Assembly: GCA_950097015.1 (NCBI GenBank)
Contig: CATNEN010000003.1
Location: 9,176,001 to 9,240,000 of the forward strand
Direction: 5' to 3'
DNA length: 64,000 nt
DNA from: Macrostomum hystrix
Taxonomy: Eukaryota; Animalia; Platyhelminthes
The position numbers and the translations under genes are program-made. This document shows positions 1 to 9,432 of the stretch, piece after piece. The number at the start of each line of letters is the position of its first letter. Position 1 is the first letter of the stretch. Below the pieces are notes generated by a model, which saw nothing but the letters and a program-made list of their open reading frames with translations, did not search any database and had not been told where the DNA came from.

Positions 1-1
1 G

Positions 2-1971
2 GAAATTGAATTCCTCGGTCACCTAATCTCTGCCCAAGGCATTCAACCAATTCCATCTCGTCTAGACGCACTTCGCAAACTCTCACCTCCGCGCGATTTC
101 AAGAGTCTACAGAGAATACTGGGTATGTTTGGTTTCTATCAACGTCACATTCCAAACTACGCCCACATTATTCAACCTCTTCGATCATTGAGTGATGACT
201 CCTACGAGTGGACTGCTCACCACGATGCAGCTTTCCAGAAACTTAAGGATAGTTTATCCTCCGCTGTTACCCTCGCCTTTCCTGATCCTACAGCTACTTT
301 CACCATAACGTCCGACGCCAGTTCTTTTGCGATTGGTGCCAGTCTTCATCAGGTAGTTGAAGGAAACTCCTCACCGATAGCGTTTTTCTCACGTAAGCTA
401 ACAACTACCGAATGCTCATACAGCGCCTTCGACCGTGAGCTCCTGGCTGTGTTCGCTGCAGTAAAAACCTGGCGCCATCTCATTCATGGTCATCCGACAA
501 CTGTGTTTTGCGACCACAAACCACTGATAGGCGCGTTCCATAGTACCAAAGAACGCCTCTCGGATCGACAGCAACGCCAATTATCCACCATCACGGAATA
601 CGTCACGGAAATTGTACATATCCCGGGCACCAAAAACGTCGTTGCTGACACTCTGTCCCGCGATGTCACCGATACATACGCCGTCAATGTAATTGAAGAC
701 GCAGACAACCCAATCATTCAACTACCTGCCGACCTCCCGGCAATCGCGCGAGCACAAAAAGAAATGGGAATAACTGGTGACCAGTTTAGTCCTTTTGACA
801 TTGGTCTACTTGACTGTCCACTCTACTGCGAGACGTCACAACCCAATCCTCGCCCTTTCGTTCCGGAGAGTCTACGTCGGCAGATCGTCCTAGCTCTTCA
901 CGAAATTTCACATGCTGGAGTCAAGGCACACTACGCCTAGTTGCCCATCGATTTTTTTGGCCATGTATGAAATCCGACGTACAGAATTGGACAGCTTCAT
1001 GTCTCCAGTGCCAAGCCGCCAAAGTTGGGCGCCACATTCAACGCCCACTTCATTTCCTACCGTGCCCCACACAGCGTTTTACGACTGTCCACATGGATTT
1101 AGTGGGACCACTTCCACCTCTGGAGCCCGACGACTTATCAACACCGCAGCCCCGCTACCTTCTTACCGTAATAGATTCATTTACTCGCTGGATTGAAGCC
1201 GTTCCGCTGCAAACCATTTCGGCTGCTGCAGTCGCACGTGCTTTTGTCGACCATTGGGTCTGTCGCTTTGGACCACCATTAACCCTGGTTACTGATCAAG
1301 GGACACAGTTTCGCTCAGAGCTGATGGCCGACCTGGTGACCCTTCTCGGTGTTCACCACATCCGCACCTCAGCTTACAATCCGAAGGCTAACGGAATGAT
1401 AGAACGCTCTCATCGCTCTCTCAAAGCCAGTCTTCGCGCACGAGGTCGTTCATGGCTATCTCAACTAAATGTCGTTCTTTTTGGTCTGCGCATTCATCCG
1501 GATGACACTGGTAACTCTCCCTTTTCTACCGTAACCGGCGAACAACCACTTGTTACGCCAGTCGTTACTGACGATTCCAACAATCGAAAACTCGCACAAA
1601 GCCTTCACAGTTTATTCTTCCCGTACCGACTGCCACGGACGCAGCATCGACCAGTTCACCTTCCGTCCGACCTATCAACCTGTGAATTTGCTTGGCTTCG
1701 ATTAGATCGCGTGAGAAAACCATTGGAAGCACCATATCAGGGCCCTTTCAAGGTCGTCCACCGTTCCGCTGACACAATGACCCTGGATATCAAGGGCAAA
1801 CCTCAAGTGGTATCAATCGAACGCATCAAACCGGCACGTCTGCCAGATCCTGCACCCCAGACGCGCTCAATGACCAATTCAAACCCTGTTATAAGCCCAG
1901 TTTTTCAAGTGCAACAACGCCCCATAAAACGCGTCCATTTTAATGACAATGTAACTGTTCTTACTCGTTGA
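2..1971 (+). pseudogene. pol: Gypsy pol polyprotein, C-terminal part, with a 1-nt frameshift near 925-930
   Basis: ORFs 125-940 and 967-1971 join into HEISHAGVKA(T)LRLVAHRFFWPCMKSDVQNWTASCLQC (integrase zinc finger) if one base is restored at aaggcacacta. Confidence 0.85.
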
Positions 1972-1983
1972 GGGGGGAGTGTT

Positions 1984-2188
1984 TGTAGCGTCTAAAACGA
2001 ACTTTTATTTCAGACTTAGTTACGACTCTAACTTTCTTTAATTTCCATAGACAACCCCACTTGTTCCACCAAGAATACTAGGATACTAGCCCTCCCTTTT
2101 TCCCATAGATTAACTGTACCAGCTCAATTAAATAAAGCCGACCACGGGGGCCAAGGCTCCCCTTCTTAACCCTGCTAAAAGAAATACA
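1984..2188 (+). repeat. Putative 3' LTR (~205 bp), preceded by a polypurine tract at 1970-1979
   Basis: GAGGGGGGAG immediately after the pol stop, TGTA...TACA termini, AATAAA at 2131-2136. Confidence 0.7.
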
Positions 2189-2323
2189 AGTTCACCGCCT
2201 TAGCTTAATTTGTTGTGGCTAAGAGCCACACCTTCCAGCAATCCTTTTGGATATCTCTTGCATGAATCCCTCCAGGGAAATCCCATTCAGAGACCAAAAC
2301 AAATCACTGCTCCCCGCTGCTAG

Positions 2324-2738
2324 GTGCTCCTGGATGCTCGCGCCGATCCTGACGCTGGCAACGACCAGCACGGCCAGACAGCCCTGATGTGGTGCTGCCA
2401 GTACGACCACGCCGAGATGGCCAGCATGCTGGTGACTCGCGGCGCCAGCATCTCGCTGCAGCGTCGGGACACCGTCACGCCGTTGATGATCGCCGCCAAG
2501 AATAACGCCTACTCCGTTGCTAGCCTGTTGCTAGGCAGCGGCGCCGATCCGAATGCAGCGGGAAGCGGCCGATTCACCGCCCTGATGATCTGCGGCATGG
2601 TCGACAGCTTGGAGGTGGCTCAGCTGCTGCTGCGTCACGGCGCCGACAAGGCTGCCACCAATCGAGAAGGCAAGACGGCATTGATTCTGTGCATCGAGAA
2701 CAGCAGTCTCCGGGTTGCCCAGCTGCTGCTAGACTCCG
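2324..2738 (+). CDS. Ankyrin gene exon (about four ankyrin repeats)
   Basis: Acceptor ctag at 2320-2323, donor gtaagt at 2739, ANK consensus motifs. Confidence 0.85.
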
Positions 2739-5700
2739 GTAAGTTTTTTTTAGCATTTAACGAGTAATTATCTGATCGATGTTTCTCTACTGTCTACTGC
2801 TAACAGGCTTTTCAGTAGTGCAGTTGGCGAATAAAAGTTCTGAGTTTATTGATTCGTCGATCTACCTGTTAGACTCAGATCTACGTGTTAGACTCAGATC
2901 TACCTGTTAGACTCAGATCTACTTGTCCTTATACTAGATCTTTTCTCAGATCTATTTGATCAACTTACCTCAACAATCAACAGGCACCAACCCAAACGCC
3001 GTCTGTCCCGACAACGGTCATTCGGCTGCCACCCTCGCCGCTTTGAAGGGCCATCTCGACCTGCTGCGCCTGCTAATTGAACACTCTGCGAATCTTTGGC
3101 ACAGGTGTGCGGATGGGCGCGGCTTGGCTGAGCTAGCCAATGCTAGCGGAAGCCAGACAACGATTCAGTATGTCACCAATTTGCTGCAGCAGCAGCAGCA
3201 AATAGGACAAAATTTAGAAATAATGGAACCACGAGAGATCGAGCTGTTTGAGCAGCAGCGGAAGGAACAGGAGCTGCTTGAGCAGCAGCGAAAGGAACAG
3301 GAGTTTCTTGAGCAGCTGCAGCAGGAACAGAAGCTGCTTGAGCAGCAGCGGAAGGAACAGGAGCTACTTGAGCAGCAGCGGAAGGAACAGGAGCTATTTG
3401 AGCAGCAGCGGAAGGAACAGGAGTTTCTTGAGCAGCAGCGGAAGGAACAGGAGTTTCTTGAGCAGCAGCAGCAGGAACAGAAGCTACTTGAGCAGCAGCG
3501 GAAGGAACAGGAGCTACTTGAGCAGCAGCGGAAGGAACAGGAGTTTCTTGAGCAGCAGCAGCAGGAACAGAAGCTGCTTGAGCAGCAGCGGAAGGAACAG
3601 GAGCTACTTGAGCAGCAGCGGAAGGAACAGGAGCTACTTGAGCAGCAGCGGAAGGAACAGGAGCTACTTGAGCAGCAGCGGAAGGAACAGGAGTTTCTTG
3701 AGCAGCAGCGGAAGGAACAGGAGTTTCTTGAGCAGCAGCAGCAGGAACAGGAGCTGCTTGAGCAGCAGCGGAAGGAACAGGAGCTACTTGAGCAGCAGCG
3801 GAAGGAACAGGAGTTTCTTGAGCAGCAGCAGCAGGAACAGGAGCTGCTTGAGCAGCAGCGGAAGGAACAGGAGTTTCTTGAGCAGCAGCAGCAGGAACAG
3901 GAGCTGCTTGAGCAGCAGCGGAAGGAACAGGAGCTACTTGAGCAGCAGCGAAAGGAACAGGAGTTTCTTGAGCAGCAGCGGAAGGAACAGGAGTTTCTTG
4001 AGCAGCAGCAGCAGGAACAGGAGCTGCTTGAGCAGCAGCAGCAGGAACAGGAGCTGCTTGAGCAGCAGCGGAAGGAACAGGAGCTGCTTGAGCAGCAGCG
4101 GAACGAACAGGAGCTACTTGAGCAGCAGCGGAAGGAACAGGAGCTGCTTGAGCAGCAGCGGAAGGAACAGGAGTTTCTTGAGCAGCAGCGGCAGGAACAG
4201 GAGCTACTTGAGCAGCAGCGGAAGGAACAGGAGCTGCTTGAGCAGCAGCGGAACGAACAGGAGCTACTTGAGCAGCAGCGGAAGGAACAGGAGCTGCTTG
4301 AGCAGCAGCGGAAGGAACAGGAGTTTCTTGAGCAGCAGCGGCAGGAACAGGAGCTACTTGAGCAGCAGCGGAAGGAACAGGAGTTTCTTGAGCAGCAGCG
4401 GCAGCAGCAGCAGCAGCAGCAGCACCAAACATCGGACGAGCGTGTTGAAGTTCTTGAGGCCTCTTTCACGTGAGATATTTAAACGATTTCCCCCGATTTT
4501 TATGGCATGACGGAAGGAAAGAAACAACATGAATGTCACAATTTCAGCGAAAGTCGCACCGAAGTTGAACAGCGAACAATGACGTCGACCAGTCGAGACT
4601 CTAACGGAGAAAGGTAACAGGATTTAATGTGGTGATGTGGGTCGATTTCACGGTGAGGCTAACATTTATTTAGAGTGCAGCCGCGAAGAGAAGGTGTGGG
4701 CCTGTACCTACGGTATCATTGTGCATTATGAGTAGATTACCCGTGTGCTGGCTTAATTAAGTGACGCAAGAACACTCAAAGGAAAATATAATTGTCTAAA
4801 AAATTGCACAGCCACAAGGTAACAACGGAGGAGTCTGTGTCTCTGTTAGCGTCAAAGGCCTCTGTTAGCGGCTTGGAGGCTGAACTTCAGAGTCAAGATC
4901 CTGATGAGGAGGTGGTCGAGGAGGTGACAGCCGTTCATGTGCGACCACTGGGCCCGGACACAGGAGTGTCCTTCGAGCAGCAGCTGCTGGATGATCAGAA
5001 GAGACAGGAGCAGCTGACGGCTGGGTAAAACCAGGACCCGAGGGAGTGAACTAAACGATATTAGAGTGTCCCTTAAGGATATGGGGTGTTGCCGATGGTT
5101 ATTTGGGAGAGTATACCGGCAGGGGTTGAAGCCTAGTGGTTAGAGCGTCGGACCCACGACTTGAAGGTCGGTGGTTCGATTCCCTGGATTCTTGATCCTT
5201 GACTCTGGATAGCTTTAGTTCACTCAGCTATGAAATGGTTACAGGCATTAACTGGGGTAATTGAGGGTGGGTGTGGCGTCCCCCCAGTCCATGGACTGAA
5301 CAGCCGAACGCAGCTTTCAGATGCGCCGCGCAATATCTGAGGCTGTGCAGTCGGCTGCACATCTGGCCCAATCGGGGCAGGTGTAATCAGTTACGAGCCC
5401 GTATTGTACCTAAGGATTATACATAAGGATATTAGGGAGTGTCCCTAAAGCATTTTAGGGAGTATAACTGAACTTATAAATCTGAGGTAGAATCCAGGAT
5501 AAGTTAATTCATTTACCTCTCTTTGATGCATTTTAGTTCAAACGAAGGAGCCACAGCAGACAGCTCAGAAGCCGTTGAGGAAGCTGCTGTGGAGGAGGAG
5601 GTGACAGCCGTTCATGTACGACCACTCGGCCCGGACACAGGAGTGTCCTTCGAGCAGCAGCTGCTAGACGATCAGAAGAGAGAGGAGCAGCTGACGGCTG

Positions 5701-8651
5701 GGTAAAATCAGGACCCGAGGGAGTGACAATCAAGGCTATTGGGGAGACTGTCCCTGAAGGATATTAGGGAGACTGTCCCTGAAGGATATTAGGGAGACTG
5801 TCCCTGAAGGATATTAGGGAGACTGCCCCTGAAGGACATTGGGGAGACTGTGCCTGAAGCATATTGGGGAGACTGTGCCTGAAGGATATTAGGGAGACTG
5901 TCCCTGAAGGATATTAGGGAGACTGTCCCTGAAGGATATTAGGGAGACTGCCCCTGAAGGACATTGGGGAGACTGTGCCTGAAGGATATTAGGGAGACTG
6001 TGCCTGAAGGATATTAGGGAGACTGTCCCTGAAGGACATTGGGGAGCCTGTCCCTGAAGGACATTGGGGAGACTGTGCCTGAATGATATCGGAGAGAATG
6101 TTTCGAGGTTTATAGTAGTGTCTTTGGATGATATTGAAATGTCCATGAAGGTTATTGGTGAGAGAAAGTCTTAGGCTGAGTTAATTCATTTACCTCTCTT
6201 TGATGCATTTTAGTTCGAACGAAGGAGCCACAGCGGACAGCTCAGAAGCCGTTGGGGAAGCTGCTGTGGAGGAGGAGGTGACAGCCGTTCATGTGCGACC
6301 ACTGGGCCCGGACACAGGAGTGTCCTTCGAGCAGCAGCTGCTGGATGATCAGAAGAGACAGGAGCAGCTGACGGCTGGGTAAAATCAGGACCCGAGGGAG
6401 TGACAATCAAGGCTATTAGGGAGACTGTCCCTGAAGGATATTAGGGAGACTGTCCCTGAAGGATATTAGGTAGACTGTGCCTGAAGGATATTGGGGAGAC
6501 TGTGCCTGAAGGATATTGGGGAGACTGTGCCTGAAGGATATTGGGGAGACTGTGCCTGAAGGATATTGGGGAGACTGTGCCTGAAGGATATTGGGGAGAC
6601 TGTCCCTGAAGGATATTAGGGAGACTGTCCCTGAAGGATATTAGGTAGACTGTCCCTGAAGGATATTAGGGAGACTGTCCCTGAAGGATATTAGGGAGAC
6701 TGTGCCTGAAGGATATTGGGGAGACTGTGCCTGAAGGATATTAGGGAGACTGTTCCTGAAGGATATTAGGGAGACTGTGCCTGAAGGATATTAGGGAGAC
6801 TGTCCCTTAAGGATATTAGGGAGACTGTGCCTGAAGCCTATTGGGGAGACTGTGCCTGAAGGATATTTGGGAGACTGTCCCTTAAGGATATTAGGGAGAC
6901 TGTGCCTGAAGCCTATTGGGGAGACTGTCCCTGAAGGATATTAGGGAGACTGTCCCTGAAGGATATTAGGTAGACTGTCCCTGAAGGATATTAGGGAGAC
7001 TGTCCCTGAAGGATATTAGGGAGACTGTCCCTGAAGGATATTAGGGAGACTGTCCCTGAAGGATATTAGGGAGACTGTCCCTGAAGGATATTAGGGAGAC
7101 TGTGCCTGAAGGATATTGGGGAGACTGTGCCTGAAGGATATTAGGGAGACTGTTCCTGAAGGATATTAGGGAGACTGTGCCTGAAGGATATTAGGGAGAC
7201 TGTCCCTGAAGGACATTGGGGAGACTGTGCCTGAAGCCTATTGGGGAGACTGTTCCTGAAGGATATTAGGGAGACTGTGCCTGAAGGATATTAGGGAGAC
7301 TGTCCCTGAAGGACATTGGGGAGCCTGTCCCTGAAGGACATTGGGGAGACTGTGCCTGAATGATATCGGAGAGAATGTTTCGAGGTTTATAGTAGTGTCT
7401 TTGGATGATATTGAAATGTCCATGAAGGTTATTGGTGAGAGAAAGTCTTAGGCTTATTCATTTACCTCTCTTTGATGCATTTTAGTTCGAACGAAGGAGC
7501 CACAGCGGACAGCTCAGAAGCCGTTGGGAAAGCTGCTGTGGAGGAGGAGGTGACAGCCGTTCATGTGCGACCACTGGGCCCGGACACAGGAGTGTCCTTC
7601 GAGCAGCAGCTGCTGGATGATCAGAAGAGACAGGAGCAGCTGACGGCTGGGTAAGTAGTTGTCTAGCAGTAGAAAGAACACAGCGGGGTGTTTGAAATAC
7701 CCTCATTTTTTTCTGTATCTCCGAGAAATCACGAAATTTTCGGAGCTATCGTGAATTAGGCGATGTGTATTTAAAATACCTCGTTGTCTTTCCATAGATG
7801 GGGTGAAATAGATTCAACCTCTATTAAAGAGTATTGCTTTCTTCACATTGGGGACTGTGGACCGAGAGCACGAGTCCGCACCTTCATAATTTGCCGTGCA
7901 ACAAAACCGACATAACACCCATCGTCTATTCTCTTCCAGAACTCCCGAAGGAGCCTCCGCTGATAGCTCCGAAGCTGTTGAAGAAGTTGTCGACGAAATT
8001 CTGACAGCGGTTCAAGTGCGTCCAACGGATCCGAACACTGGGGTGCCTTTGGAGCAGCAGCTGCTGGATGATCAGAAGCTTGAAGATGCTGCCGAGGTCC
8101 CTGTAGTACAGCAGGACATCGAAGAAAACGCTTCTGCTGTTGACGTGGCTGCGCAGAACGAAGATTTAGAGGCTGACATCGAGGAGACAATATCGACCAC
8201 GTCGGCGACAACATTCGCCAGTACGGCGGGGACAGCATCCAATGCTTCCACTAGCTCTAAGAGCTCGAAGAGAAATCAGAAGAAGCAACAGAAAAAGCAG
8301 CAGCAGCAGCAGCAGCAGCAGGAGCAGCAGAAGCAGATTCAACAAGCTGAGAGCCAGGAGCATCAAGTCCAACGCCAATCATCTTCTGAGCAGTCTGTCG
8401 CAGCTGCACGACAACTTGCCCAGAGCAAGACAACTTCCATCGTGAAAACGTTTGTTAACAAGAAGCGCATTGTGACAAAGAAATTTATCACAACTGAACG
8501 CAAAGGAGACGAAGTGAACAAAAGCGAAGTGATTGTCCGCATCAGCATCGCGAGCGGTGAATTTAGCGAGGCGGTTGGTCAAATCGAAGGTCCCGAGCAG
8601 ACGATCAAATGGACCACACAGCGCGAGACTGAGTCACAGTATCAGAAGTGA
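2324..8651 (+). CDS. Ankyrin-repeat protein with a long E/Q/K coiled-coil repeat and acidic repeated modules, 5'-incomplete; join(2324..2738,2984..4469,4548..4613,4812..5024,5537..5701,6214..6378,7486..7650,7940..8651)
   Basis: Ankyrin motifs (GQTALMWC, TPLMIAA, TALMIC, GKTALILC, GHLDLLRLL). All introns are GT-AG with matching phases, and the joined length of 3387 nt is divisible by 3. The final stop overlaps a possible donor (aa/gtgagc), so the 3' end is not certain. Confidence 0.8.
2860..2925. repeat. Small intronic tandem repeat, 19-bp unit ctacctgttagactcagat, ~3 copies
   Basis: Directly visible. Confidence 0.8.
2984..4469 (+). CDS. Ankyrin gene exon (last ANK repeat plus decad repeat EQQRKEQELL)
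   Basis: Acceptor caacag at 2978-2983 restores G|TNPNAV in phase 1; donor gtgaga at 4470. Confidence 0.75.
3241..4400 (+). repeat. Coding minisatellite, 30-bp unit gagcagcagcggaaggaacaggagctgctt, ~38 copies, followed by a CAG run
   Basis: Exact 30-bp periodicity; encodes the 10-aa repeat EQQRKEQE(L/F)L. Confidence 0.95.
5121..5410 (+). mobile_element. tRNA-derived SINE-like element in an intron (3' boundary approximate)
   Basis: Pol III A-box-like gcctagtggttagagc (5131-5146) and B-box ggttcgattcc (5173-5183), followed by a non-tRNA body (gttcactcagctatgaaatgg). There is no complete acceptor stem. Confidence 0.65.
5537..5701 (+). CDS. Duplicated 165-nt symmetric (phase 2-2) exon, copy 1
   Basis: ttttag/...gg/gtaaaa; encodes SNEGATADSSEAVEEAAVEEEVTAVHVRPLGPDTGVSFEQQLLDDQKREEQLTAG. 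Confidence 0.8.
5732..6081. repeat. Intronic minisatellite, 25-bp unit gggagactgtccctgaaggatatta, ~14 copies
   Basis: Directly visible periodicity. Confidence 0.95.
6214..6378 (+). CDS. Duplicated 165-nt exon, copy 2
   Basis: Near-identical to 5537-5701, with the same splice sites. Confidence 0.8.
6409..7358. repeat. Intronic minisatellite, same 25-bp unit, ~38 copies
   Basis: Directly visible; flanks are near-identical to the previous intron. Confidence 0.95.
7486..7650 (+). CDS. Duplicated 165-nt exon, copy 3
   Basis: Near-identical to the other copies; donor gtaagt at 7651. Confidence 0.8.
7940..8651 (+). CDS. Ankyrin gene probable last coding exon (diverged repeat module, poly-Q, C-terminal domain)
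   Basis: Acceptor ctcttccag at 7931-7939 in phase 2; begins with a diverged copy of the repeated module; AATAAA near 9171 and 9242. Confidence 0.75.
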
Positions 8652-9432
8652 GCTCAGGATTGTGGTCAAATCTCAGCTCAGCTTCTATAGTACTCTTGCT
8701 AAATTATCAAAATTTTTCAGCTAATTTTTAACTCATTTTTCATTAAAAAGATAAATTAGTCGCATACTGAACATTCAGTAAGTCGAAAATGCCGAATTGC
8801 CAAAAAAATTGTCCTTAAAAGTTCGAAAAATGATTTCACTAAATTTAAGTAGTGATGTTAGATTATTGATATTTTATTTTATTCGAATTGTTTCATTTAA
8901 ACTCATATTTCTGAATACATAATCAATATTTACTATCCCTACTTTTATACTCGTAGTACGACCCTCATGGTTCTGTCAAATCTGTGCTGCTGTAGAGGGA
9001 CTGTCATAAAACTGCTCAATTAGATATTAATAATTCTGTTAAAAATTCTGTTTGAAAATTAATGTAATCTATGAGATCCCGTAAATGCAGAATATATATT
9101 TTATTAAATTATTATATATATATTCTTCAAGTTAGTAATACAATAATCCAGTCCCGAAAAATCGATCTCAAATAAAAGTACAAAAGTCTCCGCATGACCC
9201 TGATGATATTGATTTTTTCTTTTGTTCCAACAATTAGCCGAAATAAAAACTTGAATTGAAAACAACTTTGTCTGCAACCATAATTTGGTCTTGTGTCACT
9301 AATTATTCATGTGCTCTGAAATAGTCAATATCTAAGATTTTCAGAGAAATCAGAACTCGGGGATGAATCCATTGTTCACACTTGTAACACACTAAAAGTG
9401 GGGAACGAACCTCGCGCTGGCAGAGCGAGACC

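Larger units (their letters stand above)
1..2188 (+). mobile_element. Ty3/Gypsy LTR retrotransposon, 3' part (RT end, RNase H, integrase, PPT, 3' LTR), truncated by the window start
   Basis: Frame from base 2 reads EIEFLGHLIS..., then RNase H motifs (SDASSFAIGA, YSAFDRELLA, DHKPL, NVVADTLSR), then integrase (HHCC, VHMDLVGP, TDQGTQF, NGMIER) and a GPY/F module (APYQGPF). The order RT-RH-IN is the Gypsy order. Confidence 0.95.

Noticed and set aside
3165-4510. Overlapping Cys/Ser-rich and Ala/Pro-rich ORFs in other frames and strands
   Set aside because: Shadows of the 30-bp coding repeat; only the frame continuous with the ankyrin exon is supported by splice phases.
5121-5195. Functional tRNA gene
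   Set aside because: A and B boxes are present, but there is no paired acceptor stem or clean cloverleaf and a SINE-like body follows. The same applies to 30692-30765.
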